From the NCBI GenBank assembly GCA_051362555.1, contig CM120649.1, positions 11,284,001 through 11,348,000 on the forward strand: 64,000 bases of DNA. The letters run 5' to 3'. Shown here piece after piece: positions 38,419 to 51,516 of the stretch (the first letter of the stretch is position 1; each line of letters opens with the position of its first letter). Under the pieces are notes generated by a model. The model saw only the letters and a program-made list of their open reading frames with translations. It was not told the origin of the DNA and did not search any database. Position numbers and translations under genes: made by a program. This DNA comes from Lingula anatina. Its lineage: Eukaryota; Animalia; Brachiopoda.

Positions 38419-38641
38419 CTAAGAGTGCATTCCCAGAGATTTAGATCGATCCAACTAGATCGACCAAACTCACTGGGGGTTCACGCTTAATAGCTGTCAG
38501 CCGAGCGTGCACTATAGTTAATTACCCCCTTACAGCTTTTAGTAGGTGGGACAGACATTTAAGCCAGCTAAGCTGACAGTAATCTAGTAAGAATCCCCAC
38601 AGGGATAGATTGATCTAAAATCTGTGGGAATGGGGTCTTAA
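38419..38641. mobile_element. MITE in the ROCO 3' flank
   Basis: CATTCCCAGAGATTTAGATCGATC is inverted with GATTGATCTAAAATCTGTGGGAATG. Confidence 0.6.
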
Positions 38642-39865
38642 TGCTGAATGCTTTATATTATCTGTATGTCACACTTTGTACAATTCTATTCCCATGATAT
38701 GGTGACTGATATATTAAGATAAATAAATAAGTACTATACTGATTGAAAGTTGGACCAAGCCCTGTGATCAAATAGATAAATAATACTCTCAGTACAGACA
38801 TTTGCACCTAAAATTTTTTATTTTTGAGTTCTTTATGTCTATTTTTTTCTGGAGTCATGAGTGAAATTCACCAATATTTATCTCCTTTACCATAAGGATT
38901 CAAAATTAGATACTCATAATACCAATTTATAGAAAGTAATTTTGTCAGCATTATTGGTTATGCCCTACATTGGTTTAAGGTGAAAGTATTGGTTTTTCCA
39001 GTATATCTTATTTTGCATAATTAGTTCTAATACTCCTTGTACACATGTGACTTTGAGCATAATTTGTTTTAGATCTTGAAGAGCTCCTCGCCACAACCAA
39101 ACACCACTGCCTAGGTTGTACTTGCATGACGATGTAAAGGTTAACTGCACTTGGAGGACAGCTAGCAGATTCAGTACTCATTAATGCTTACACTCTGGCA
39201 GATCCAGGATTCTAATTGCTGGGGTTGGGGTAAATCTTGTCTTGCCTTACTCTGTACACATAAATCGACAAGATGCTAAGGATAATTTTATTGCAATATG
39301 GTTGACATAAATAATATATTCATTTTGTCTCTTTTGGCTTATTAATTTTTTTTCTAGGGGGGAGGGGAGTACCTCACGTTCTATTCCACTTGCACTCTGT
39401 CATTTTAGTACATCGCTTTTAACTCTTATCACATAACTTATTCTTTGATTTTAATTTTAAAAAATTGCATCAGGTATGCATAGCTACTGTATGTGGTATT
39501 TTGAGACAACAGTCATTTTGTGCTGGAACTGCTGTTATTGTTTTGTGTGATAAAAATGTGTAAAGAAGATTGCATTTACATTAAACGGTGTTATTGTCAT
39601 TTATTCACTATGTAATAACCCATGTGACCGTAATGGCAGTTCTCTGGGAACCGAAATCTGCTTCCCATTACTTTGCACAGGGACATTTTGATTCATATGC
39701 TGACCCCGATGCTTCCAGCTTACTCTAACTTGTACTAATCTTATGGGGACCATGGATGTCAATTTCTAGGACTACCATTTATGTTACACCTGTCTCACTT
39801 AAAACACTTTGACCTGAGAATTGGCCTTAAGTTTAAAGACAAAATGCTGGTGTTCTTTACTTTAA

Positions 39866-40181
39866 AGGGATAATAACTCTTCGCATGTGATCTATATTTC
39901 ACAATAAAACATTGTGAACAACTCATAGAAAAATAATATATTCTGTTTTACCACAAAAACGGCAGTTATAGCTATTATTCTGATATGTGAGCTTATCTTT
40001 AGACCACGTGACCTCCATAGATGGCATTGAGTGAAAAAAACAAACTTTTAAGAAAAACAAAAAAAACAGGGACTAACTTTGAATGTAAAAATGGATTCAT
40101 AAACCATTGGTAAGTATGGGAAAATTGTTGTTTACTCCAGGAAAATTCATTTTTTGGCCAAAATTAAGAGTTATTATCTCT
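39866..40181. mobile_element. TTAA-flanked MITE (Kolobok-like termini)
   Basis: TTAA|AGGGATAATAACTCT ... AGAGTTATTATCTCT|TTAA. Confidence 0.7.
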
Positions 40182-40589
40182 TTAAGATTAGTTGATAGTA
40201 GGTCATAGAAGTAGAATTAAATGTGTATTGATTATATCAAGTGCCTTGGGACAGGGAAGTTGGCTTAACACACATGCTGTTTTATACAATTTATATATGA
40301 AATTTTGAATTAATTTTGATGGATAAATAGTGGAAAATATCTTGTCAAGAACAAGATCCCATTGAGAATACTTGTAGGCATTAGTACATCCAAATATTAT
40401 AGTTTAAGATTAGATTTAAGAATATGAATTATCATATTATGATGGAGCTTTATACAAGTTATATTTTTTCCAGCTAAATATCCTTTAATAAACATGTATA
40501 CTTACTGATATTGGTGTTCTTGCCACTTTATTGTTCAGACAGAAAAAATTGTTCAATATGAAATCTAATGTATGCCTATGAAAGTGATC

Positions 40590-41154
40590 TGCTGTGTGGA
40601 GTCCATGAACACTCAATGATTCTTTTAGTCTTATTTGACCTATCTGCAGCTTTTGACTCAGTACATGATGAACTACTTTTATCTTTTCTCAAAGTAGTTG
40701 GTATCGGGGACTCTGCACTTAGTCTTTTACGCTCTTATCCTACAGGTTGCTCACAACAGGTTTTAATTAATTGGATATTGTCAAATGTGTCAGTGTTAGC
40801 TTTTGGTGTACCTCAAGGTAGTGTTCTTGGACTTCTAGCTTTTTGTATATATACATTACCCATTGTGGTCATATCGAGACATCACAGTATTGGCTATTGC
40901 ATCTATGCTGATGATACACAAATTTTTTACATGTTGTAATGTAGAAAATCCTAATGAATCAATTGAAAAGCTGTCTAGGTGTATTGATGATCTATGAGGG
41001 TGGTTGATAATTAAGAAATTAGTTGAAAATCAATGATGGAAATATTTTAACTTGTAGTTGTAACCCAGCCACATAATCTGAAAATATCAGAAAAAAAATT
41101 GAACTCAAAATTGGATCCAGTATCATAAAGTCAATGCCCCATGCTAAGAATCTT

Positions 41155-41198
<44 letters not shown>

Positions 41199-42755
41199 TT
41201 GTTTAGATAGAACACTTTCTATGAATAAGCAAATTGCTAGCATAGCAAGTCAGCAGTATATAACATTAGGAACATAGGCGCAATGTGTAATCATCTCTCT
41301 GACTCTGCTGCAGCTACAGTTATAAATTGTTTAGTAACATCTAGATTGGATTATTGTAATTCTGTTTTAATAAAATTATATGTTTGTCCAAAAAACACAT
41401 TTAAAGACTGCAGCGTATTCAGAACATCTCGGCTAGATTATATAACCCATACATCCATGAGTAACTATATTATCCCAGTTTTAAAAGAGTTACATTGGCT
41501 GCCTGACTGCAAGCCAGGATTTTATTAAATTTTTTAGTCTTTGTTCATGATGTTTTTTACAAAGTTGCATCGGTCACCTTTAAGTGAAATAGTCAGTCAC
41601 TATGTTCCAGCAAGAAACCTGCGGTCTGTAGACAAAGTGATACTTAAAAGGGGTACGTACGGATAAAATTTAGTCCCAAAATATTACACGTCCCTATACT
41701 CCCGTTACCGATAGATACCCGGTACATAAAGGAAAAACGGAAAAAAACGTCTTTTTAGATTTAAATACCGATAGATCCGATTTTTTTACTGCTGTCCTAT
41801 ATATACCGGGTATTTGCGTTCCTATAGAAACGACGTCCTCATAAACCCACGTCCCTTAAATCCGTATACATACAGATCCACGTATTTTCAGATCCAAATA
41901 CCGATAGATCCATTACAGGTACACTATTGCTCAAAATGGTTGGTGTACTACTCAGTAGACGATAGACGTGTAGACGCTAACGTACATGTATGTCTTGTTT
42001 GAACACCTAATAAATATATGGCCTAAATACATTAATAAATGAATAAATAATAAATATCAGATTGTAATTAAGTCAGATCACTAAGTGGGTCAGTATTCGC
42101 AGCCAGACTATCACTCGAAAGCCTCATACCTGTACCACAAGTTGATATGGGCCTTTTATAGCCGATTACGATGTCAGATAGATGGATCTAGCGGTACCTG
42201 GATCTAAAGATACGTGTGTTTATAGGAATCTGTTGGTGGATCTATCGGAACGTAAATTTAACGAGACGTGTATGTATAGAGACGTACATTTGTATCTATC
42301 GGGACGAATAAGCCCCTTATTTTATTGGGACGTTTATCTACTAGTATATGGCGGACCCCCAGTAAATATGAACCTAAATACTTCTTTTAAATCAGCAGCT
42401 CCAAAGGAATGGAATTTATTACCACTGGAAATCCGATCAATTGAGTCTACCAAGCATTTTAAAAAAGAATTGAAGACATACCTATTCAGGGGATTTTTTG
42501 ACTAATCAACTTTTAAATTGATTTCACTAATTTTAAAGTAATTGCATTTGTGCACTGTAAGAAATAAGGCTGTTCTACTTATAATGTGTGCAAATAAGGC
42601 TGCTTTTAATTGCCTAGAATTCATTATTATAATATTTCTTAACAAACATATTTTAGTTATGAAGTGTAAATGCTTTTATGTGAGAATCCGTTTGTTTTAT
42701 CTTAAATACTCTTAAAATACTCTTATAATGGATTAATTTTAGACTCGAAATAAAT

Positions 42756-42793
<38 letters not shown>
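40590..42793 (+). pseudogene. Decayed L2/CR1-type LINE 3' portion (reverse transcriptase remnants)
   Basis: Broken frames contain FDLSAAFDSV, GVPQGSVLG, YADDTQI, LVTSRLDYCNS, PVLKELHWLP and, after an insertion, AAPKEWNLLP...FKKELKTYLF. AATAAA plus an (ATT)n tail lie at ~42749-42793. Confidence 0.85.
41650..42360. mobile_element. Diverged foldback/TIR element inserted in the decayed LINE
   Basis: GGGGTACG... and ...GCGGACCCC ends. CCGATAGAT subrepeats on the left are mirrored as ATCTATCGG on the right, and LINE homology resumes after 42360. Confidence 0.6.
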
Positions 42794-42796
<3 letters not shown>

Positions 42797-42965
42797 TTGT
42801 ACAAGTGAAATGAACTAATGCTTTCTGTCATAATTCCGTCGATCGGATTTATGCCGTACTTGAGACCCCTCTACTTTTTCATCTTTTCCGGAAATGGAAA
42901 TTGCATTGTGGGAAAGTGAGTCCTCTGGTCGCCAATTACGTATACTTGCATCAGATGCTTAAATC

Positions 42966-44699
42966 ATGCCTGGATTTACTTGCTGTGTGCCTTACTGTTA
43001 CAACAACAATAAGAGAGATAGACATTTGAGATTTTACAGGTTCCCAGCGGACACGGAGGAACGGAAAATATGGGTCGATAACATTGGTAGAGCTGGGAAG
43101 AAAGGGAAGTTCAGTAGGTTTGAGCCAACAATAGGGCACCGCGTTTGCTCTGAACACTTCGAAGGAGGGAAGAAAACGTACACTATCAGAAGACCGACGG
43201 TATTTAGGTACAAAACAGAAAAGGTCACTCAGTCTAGGAGAACTTTGATTAAACAAACGCTACATGTCACTGAGTCTGTAATGTCGGAAAATGCAAAAAC
43301 AGACGTCGGACATCACGACGACCATTCCTACAGCAGCCCACATTCAGACATGGAGGACCTTCTGAAATCAGTGAAAGAAAAAAGTGGGATTATTCTTGAA
43401 ATGGAGGACAAATTATGTGATATACAAAAAGAACTTTCAGAGACAACACAGCATCTTAAGCAATGTCAGACCGACTTAGAACAGACAAAGAAGAAGGCAG
43501 AGGAAAATGATGTGTGGGAAGAACGTTATAAAGATCTCCAGAAAAAACTTGAAGAAGAGAAAAAGAAAGAAAACACTTTCAGCATGGAGTCTTTGAAAGA
43601 GAAACCAGAAGCTATTAAGTTTTACACAGGGTTTTCTTCCTATGCAGAATTCAAGAACTTTCATGACTTTCTGTCTCCAGATATATCTGATATGTACTGC
43701 TGGGATTCAAATTACCATGACAAAGACACACCAAGAGGAAAATACACCTGTTCTTTAGATTCAGAAGATGAACTACTTCTTGTCTTGACCAGGCTGAGAG
43801 TTGGATTACTAGAAGAAGACCTCGCTTTCAGGTATTAGTTAATATTTATGTACTGCCTATACAGTAGACTCACAGTACTTATATGTGTTCTTTATATTAT
43901 ATTCAAGTGCATGTTGGACTTCATTTACACCTTTAATTTATGTTCACCTTTTTGAGAAAATGATTGATTTAAAAGAAACTGACCTAGCATTTGTTTCATT
44001 GATTGGTTTATATTTTCATGTGTTGCTAGGATGGGAGTAGGTGTAGCTACAGTTTCAAGGATTTGCAGGACATATTTTGAGCTGATGCATTTTCGCTTCC
44101 GGCAGTTGCCCATCTGGCCATCTAAGGAAATTGTAGAAGCCACTATGCCACAGTGCTTCAAAGAAGAGTATCCATCTACCAGGGTCATTTTGGACTGCAC
44201 AGAACTTTTCATTGAAAAGCCATCGGGATACATTACACAGTCGGAGACGTATTCTTCCTACAAAAGTCACAATACTGTCAAAGGACTTGTGGGAATAGCA
44301 CCAAATGGATTTATCAGTTATGTGTCAGATTTGGCTCCTGGGCACACTTCAGACAAAGAAATGACAGAACTTAGTGGACTTGTGGATCTGATGGATGAGG
44401 GGGATTCTGTCATGGCCGACCAAGGATTCCTAATTGATGAACATCTCGCGAAGAGGAAGGTAAAATTGAATATCCCTCCATTTATTGGTTCTCAGGGACA
44501 ACTTAGTCCAGCTGAAGAGGAAGAAACAAGAAGAATTGCCAGGCTCAAAATTCATGTGGAACGTGTTATCGGGAAAATTAAAAACTATCGTTTATTGAAT
44601 TATGTATTTCCAAACTCAATGGCTAGTGATTTGAACAAGATATGGGTCATATGTTGTTATTTAGTGAACCTATGCACAGAACCATTATTGTCTGAATGA
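42966..44699 (+). CDS. THAP-HTH-DDE transposase of PIF/Harbinger-ISL2EU type (511 aa, one intron)
   Basis: Exons 42966-43831 and 44030-44699 are in frame. THAP C2CH (CCVPYC...FP...W...CSEHF...PTVF), coiled coil, [34 protein letters not shown], and catalytic LDCTE / ADQGF / HVERVIG. Confidence 0.93.
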
Positions 44700-45459
44700 C
44701 TGGTAAAATTATCATGTGCAGACTGAAAACTGTTCAGACTGTTCTGATTAACTAGGATGTCCGAAACTCGAGAAACAAGAATGTTAATATCTTTTAAAAT
44801 GTATTTGGAAAGTAAAAATGTTCCATCACAGATGCCTTTAATCACAGTAACAAAACTTGTTTGTAAGGAAATATTTTTTGGAATGTAAACTTAAGAAGCA
44901 CCATCATAATGTCTAGGGAGACTTGATTTTACTGATACAGCACCAAGCTACAATAAAAGGTACATCACATATTCTGTAAACTACACATTATGTGACATAA
45001 ATATGGTAAAAACGCCAAATGGATAAATCTCATCCGATCATGTACATGTATGTACGTAGTAAGTAATACAATGTGTTGAATGCCAAAATGGAGAATATAT
45101 CTCATCCAACTATGTACCTGTATATAATAAGTAATACAATGTGTTGAATAATAAAATATCTCAAATATCATCACAGTTATACATTTACTCGATATGCTCA
45201 GTATCAAAATGCTCAGTGCCAAAAATTGCCATTATAAATTGAATGCTTTCAATACAGAGAATATTATCACAGTGAATAAAGAATAAATGTTGGGGGTGGT
45301 GGGCTCATGACCTAGTTAGATTCCACTTTACCAGAATAACACGATTCAGAGCTGGGCCTCTGAGGACGTGTATTTTTACGAATAAAGAAAAAATAAATAA
45401 AAAAGGTTTCCATTAAAGAAGACAAATAAACCAAAGTTGTAACACTTGAGCTCATAATT

Positions 45460-46225
45460 TCTCAATGTCTTACACTTTGACCTGTACTTATAATGATTTG
45501 ATTGTGTGTACAATCTCTTGCCTCTAAACACGCCTTGACTCAAAATTTCTGGAACAAAAGCATTCCTGTAGAAATTTGACATCTTGGGTAAAATTGTAGT
45601 CTGCCACAAGACACTATTGAAGTGCACTCTCTGGACAAATACCTCAGCAGCCACTAGCCCCTGAAGGGTCTAATCTTGGGGGGGGGTTTGAAGCTGTTGT
45701 CAGTCACCATCCCATCTTCAGAGGCACCCAGAAAATGGTGGTGTGGTTGGATCACCAACCCTGCCTTGTCCAGACTGACTGGAGACCCTGTGACCTCTTT
45801 CAACATCCTACATAAAGTTTTGAAAACTTGCAGTTAAAATATATCCTTCATATGGTAACAGTGCAAATATTATACAGCGTACAACTTGATCAGATTATGT
45901 TTAAATTGTCTTACCATGGGTATGTATGCAATCTTAACCCCCCCCCCCCCCCCTCTACACTGGGCATGACGTGTAGCAATATTTGTGAACAAGGTGAAGT
46001 TAAAACTGATTACTGCAAAATGCAAAACATAAGTGTGCACGCTAAAATTGTTATTATTATTATTATTATTATTATAACACGAGTCAGTGCTTTTAATGAC
46101 TAAATTATCTCTTCAAAATATGTGTGTACCTGTAGCAATTAATGGCAACTTCTTCATGTTCAATTCCATGCCTCATGGCAGGACAAGACACTGGTGCATC
46201 ATACTGCAGAATCTTCCGCACTTTG
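45460..46225 (-). pseudogene. Degraded YqaJ/lambda-exonuclease-like gene, the second ORF of an ISL2EU-type element
   Basis: Spliced fragments AMRHGIEHEEVAINCYR (donor at 46129, acceptor at 45808), then GLVIQPHHHFLGASEDG, a frameshift/deletion, and EVFVQRVHFNSVLWQTTILPKMSNFY...PEIL. Convergent with the transposase. Confidence 0.75.
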
Positions 46226-46243
46226 TTTAATACAATCAGTCTT

Positions 46244-46286
<43 letters not shown>

Positions 46287-46516
46287 TAAAAAAAAACAAA
46301 GAAAAATTGTTGACAATGACAATAATAAAAAAATCATTTTTCTTCAAACACAATGTCTAAGGCACCAAACACATTCTAAACAACTAAGAACCATTTTACT
46401 TGATAACAGTTTGTTAATTGAACCAAAAACTCACGAAATAGATATACACATTCACTAGTGTAACAATTTCAAATATGGTAAACAATATAATTATCTAAGA
46501 AGCAGTCAATGTTACA

Positions 46517-47184
46517 CACCCTGAGCTTCAGAGCTAACTTGACACTAACCTTTTCACTGTAGCCTATCTCCATCGTGTCAAGTAACCTCTGACCAGATTC
46601 GATTGCCTCCGCCGCCCGCCAATCAAATTTAAAAGCCCGCACTCAATGACTCATTAAACGATCTAGCCAATGAACGCGAACGAGTCAAAGCGCGCTTTGT
46701 TCAAATCCGGACCAATCAAAGATAAGGCTGAATATCAGGGACTTGCCGTAACCTGTGGGCAGCACGCAAATTACATCGTCTCTCAGTAGATAATGATGCA
46801 GGGCCTCAAACTGCTAGACCCTATGGTTTCAATTCCGATTTACTCATATTTTGCAAAGAATCAAGAGATAACTTAACACATTCTTTTTCGTAGTCACTCG
46901 CCTTGCTTTCTTTGTGTACGGTAATACACTCGGAACTACTCGGATGTCTCCGCACTCGACAATAACTATGTTGTTAGTATGGAGCTTGCGGAATCAGCCG
47001 AGGATTGCCGATTGACGGTCAACCAATCAGCGTTTTCACCAAACTTTGGTGAAAAATTTTGAAACATGGATTTGATTGGCTTATATAAACTAGGTCAAAC
47101 TATTTTCGTCAGAGGTTACTTGACACGATGAAGATAGGCTACAGTGAAGAGGTTAGTGTCAAGTTAGCTCTGAAGCTCAGGGTG
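46517..47184. mobile_element. Non-autonomous DNA transposon (668 bp) with 77-bp TIRs and an 8-bp TSD (hAT/P-like)
   Basis: TIR CACCCTGAGCTTCAGAGCTAACTTGACAC... has 2 mismatches in 77 bp. ATGTTACA is duplicated at 46509-46516 and 47185-47192. Confidence 0.92.
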
Positions 47185-47503
47185 ATGTTACAGGTCACAC
47201 CCATTTAACTCAGACCACTGGAAGGTGTTAATTACAGTCGAAAGACCATAGATGTGGCGCATCTTAACTGAACAGATCACACCTGGTGCCTTATCAGGGA
47301 TTTAATCAGTTGACCAAAGAGCAGTGTGCATGCATGTCAGTATTACTTGTATAGTCAGCAACAGGCAATCTTTGCATTCCATTTTTTTCTCAAAAACTAC
47401 TAAATTAAGATATTCTTCGCCATGACATACGAAAACATAGAGCATTGCAACATGATATGATACATACAGTAGGGCCTATGTCCACACTAATGACATAAAA
47501 TAG

Positions 47504-47916
47504 CTCGCACGAAAATGCAGTAGTATCGAAGTAGCAAAAAAGCATTAACGCAGTAGTGGTGTGGAGCAAATTTGCAGTAAAAATGCAGCATAGCCTACTG
47601 CAATTCTACTCCAAAAAGTACATGGGTTTGTACAGAGAGGAGCATTAATGCAACTTAGATTAGCAGCATGATAGAAGCATGTTTCAAATATGCTAATTAG
47701 CTCCCAAATCGAAGCAGATTTGAAGCATGTTTGCAGTATGATTGCAGTAGTCTACTGCGGTTTGCAGTATGATTGCAGTAGTCTAAGTTGCAGTTTGCAG
47801 TATGATTGCAGTAGTCTACTGCGGTTTGCAGTATAATTGCAGTAGTCTACTGCGGTTTGCAGTATGATTGCAGTAGTCTACTGCGCTGGACTATCTACTG
47901 CGTTTTCTTGCGGGAG
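47504..47916 (+). mobile_element. TIR-bounded interspersed repeat, copy 1, with internal ~31-bp tandem expansion
   Basis: CTCGCACGAAAATGCAGTAG ... CTACTGCGTTTTCTTGCGGGAG. TTTGCAGTATGATTGCAGTAGTCTACTGCGG occurs ~5 times. Confidence 0.8.
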
Positions 47917-48242
47917 CGATCTATGGCAGATAAAGCTGTGGTGTCAGCTCATTATTTTGATTTTATAACAAATATAATGTGCCTCTCTCACATATTTTCA
48001 TTACGAAAAGTATTTTTAAAAACTCTGAAAGAAGGACGGTCAAGGCTCGGAGGCTTACTAGAAGAGGTGGATTAACAGCGCCATGTTTAAACTGAGAAAT
48101 AAAACAATTACATTGTTTGACTCACCGTTCAACTAAGTCTGGTTTCTTTCCTGTTGTTGATGCGCACTTCGTATTTCCGCAAAAGATGAAAGAGGCTAAT
48201 ATGTTGATTACCTCTGTCTGCCCCCATGTTGCGTGTGTGTTT

Positions 48243-48273
<31 letters not shown>

Positions 48274-49585
48274 TATTGTCCTACGGACATTGTCCTAATC
48301 GCGTCCATTGCTGTCGCCATTTGCAGCATTTGTTTACTTTTTGTCGGACTAATGATATTTTTTGTTTACATTAGATTTAATAAGATGCTGCTCCTGATAA
48401 TCATCGTGCATTGTGCTTAGTCAGTTATCCCACAGTAAAGTCCCCGCATAATAACACTGTAATATAAATGTCAACCTATATAGTGCAATATCTGGAACTA
48501 AAACATGATTGCACGTGGATGTTAACATTTAAGTCACACGTGACTTTTCCTAATACAATATATTGCTGTTTATCTAGATGTGTACCTGTTACAGCGAGTA
48601 ATCAAATATGCTCGTTTATTGATATTTCTAGAAAAGGTCTAAAGAAGGACGTCGGAGGAGAAAGGAATCCATATGAGAATGAAAATAAGTGAATTGCGTT
48701 GTCGTTGGTAAGGAATCGATATCAAAGTCAGCGCTGGGTTCTAGCAAAATGCCACTACAAAACCTTTCTGTTTGAGTTCTTACTACACTTAAGCTAGTGA
48801 ATAACAATATATGAGGTTATATGTCCGGAAAAGGCGCCTTCCTTTCAACAACGAAGCCAATTGAAGTCTGTTGTCGCATCACCCCTAGTCAACCCATCAC
48901 AACAGACTGATTGATTAATTCTTCAGGAGAACTCCGACAAATTTCCCGTTATAACCTGTTATCTTTGATCATGAAACCCCAAACGCTACGTGCCTAAGTT
49001 TTGAAGTCTTCTCTTGCATATAGCCGGTAAGTATCCCTTTCAATAGAAGGAATACAATTTTGCTTATGAGAAAGTATGGCATATGAAAGTAAGAGAAAAA
49101 ATCAGTACACGTTTTGAGGCATCAAAACAGGCGATTGTGACAAAAATGCAGAAGGCTTTGCCGTCATTGGTGAGATTGGTGATGAGAGAAAAAATGTTTG
49201 CAACTATTACTGGAATAACAAAGGGAAAGATTTAAAACAATCTTTTAATGACGTATGTACGTAGGTTTTTCTACATCTCGCACAAAATGCTCCTAATGAA
49301 GGATAAACGAAGGTTATTTCAATCTGACGGGAGGAAAGGGTACGCAACCCGAATGGACACGAGGCTTATTTTTTAATCTTCAGTCTTGATATGACTTTGT
49401 TGTCGGTGACGAAGGAATTAACAGCCTTCGGCATAAGGATGCTTTACTTTTTATCCTCAGTAACATACCACTTGAGCTGCTGCTATCCAAATTCTGTATT
49501 AGTCGAAATTGGCATTTTAGCCGAATATTACAACGTGCGTTTTTAGTGCGATATTCCTCCGTGGCTGACACTGACCAAACTCAAA

Positions 49586-50758
49586 ATGTTCAATTCCTCT
49601 GATTTTGAGATCTACATATCGCAGCTGGAACAAGTCCTTTTACCGCCGTCTCGGGAGGTCCTTCTTACGTTATCATTAATCGCCGTACTGATGAACATTG
49701 TTTCTTTGACAACCTTGGGGCGATTAAGAAGGCCACTTACCACATTTCAAGTCAATTTGGTGAATTTGGCAGTGTCGGATCTAATGCTCGCCGTGACCAT
49801 GGCAGTAGCAATATGCGTCAATATCTACATTCAGGCAAAGATTCCATCTTCCCAGAACACTAGTGAGTCAGTCGATGGTGCGTCTATCATTGATGAGACG
49901 ACCAACCTAACCGAGAACGCTACAAGTATGACGTTTGGTGAAGACAAGGCCACCCATGCCGAGAACATCCCAGTTGGTTTAATAAACTTAGCTTGCTTTG
50001 AGAGGTTTACCGTTTGCCTAATGAGTTATTTCACTCTATTGCCTCTGATGGCCACTACCTCGCTCGTCTACCACCAACTCACCACCGTATGGTATCCCTT
50101 GGATTTGACCAAGAAGTTCAACAATAAACCATTGGCGTTTTTCGTGATCTTGTCCTATCTCATCCCTGCGGTCTCCTTCTCCGTGGGAATCACCTTCAAG
50201 TATATAAAGGAACCCCAAGATGGTTGCTTAGCTACTCTGATGTCTCAGCCAGTGTATTTAGCCGTCAGTGGAACTGTCAGTATAACAACAGCCATAGCAT
50301 TCGTTGGCAACACGGTCATGTTAGCCTTACTTCTCTGCAAAGCTCGGAAACACATGTCACAGGCCCCATCATCGAAGGATATGGCGAAAGCAGCGTTCAA
50401 ACTTAGCCTAACTATAGCGATGTTGTGGGCTACCGTCTTTGCCCTCTGGAGCACCGGCGTCGTGGCTTTTATGATTTATTTCTTGTTTGATTTGATCCCT
50501 TCGCCCATCCCTGAAAATTTCAGTATTGTTAATGTCGTTGCCATTAATTTGTATATGCTGAATCCACTTGTGGACCCTATCATATATGGCCTGCGTATTC
50601 CGGAAGTCAAACAAGCATATATGCTCATGTTGTGCTTTAATAATCCCAAAAAACTTAACAGCGAGACGTCCATCGATGTAGACACGCTACAAATGAGGTC
50701 AGTGGAATCTCAAAGTACTCGAAAATCGGATGTCTCGTTTGTAGTGGAAAATGTTTAA
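49586..50758 (+). CDS. Intronless orphan rhodopsin-class (class A) GPCR, 390 aa
   Basis: Seven hydrophobic segments; TM1 N, TM2 NLAVSDL, Cys at the top of TM3, TM6 FALW and TM7 NPLVDPIIY. The DRY position reads HQL. Confidence 0.88.
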   Translation: MFNSSDFEIYISQLEQVLLPPSREVLLTLSLIAVLMNIVSLTTLGRLRRPLTTFQVNLVNLAVSDLMLAVTMAVAICVNIYIQAKIPSSQNTSESVDGASIIDETTNLTENATSMTFGEDKATHAENIPVGLINLACFERFTVCLMSYFTLLPLMATTSLVYHQLTTVWYPLDLTKKFNNKPLAFFVILSYLIPAVSFSVGITFKYIKEPQDGCLATLMSQPVYLAVSGTVSITTAIAFVGNTVMLALLLCKARKHMSQAPSSKDMAKAAFKLSLTIAMLWATVFALWSTGVVAFMIYFLFDLIPSPIPENFSIVNVVAINLYMLNPLVDPIIYGLRIPEVKQAYMLMLCFNNPKKLNSETSIDVDTLQMRSVESQSTRKSDVSFVVENV

Positions 50759-51516
50759 TGCTTTCTCTTTCTTGTGGAAGGGCCCATTTTCCTTGTGTAG
50801 AACAAAAAGCAAGGTCAATTTGGTGCGTGGCAAATTCTCTGTCCATGTCCACGCTTTTGGGTATGGTTGACGAACTTTTAATATTCAATTGATTGTAATG
50901 TTGGCGGTGGTGTATGTAGTTATATAGTAGTTTGGTATGACATTTTGCTTAAATGCCGTGGATCATGATTCAGAAGATATGCATCACTAATTCTGTTTGT
51001 TGTATTTATCATTGCGTAATGTTAGTTTGCTATTTTACAAATACTGGTGAACACAAATAGATAATTGCACATTTTGTTTTTGTTTATTTTCATTATATGC
51101 TTTTAAGATTTAAAGAAATACCGTAACAGGGCCAAACTTTATGGCCCCAGGGGATGGTGGTCCTGCTTTCGTGAATATGTTACGGCGTTGTGTGAGTCTT
51201 TATAAACAGGGAGAACTCTGCAGTTTTGTTTTAAACAATTGTCTTGACGAGATTTCCAACAAAAAGGGAAAAATAAATGAATGAACGCTGATAACAGTTT
51301 GCCTGACTTGAAGCCATACTGGGTAAGGTATTCACTGGCCTTGGTGTAAGTCAGATCGTTGGACCCAGGGTGTTGTGGTTCTTTTGCATTACATTGATTA
51401 TTTTATGAAGTATGCCTCTATTTAGGCGCTATAAGGGCAGTTTTTAAGGAGAGACCATTCAGAAAACAATAACGACCGTGTGTGTGTGTGTTCTTTGCCC
51501 ACAGCTTCCTGTGTTA

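Noticed and set aside
39090-39800. SINE or tRNA-derived element
   Set aside because: No clear A/B boxes or cloverleaf; I could not support any tRNA, rRNA or ncRNA call in the window.
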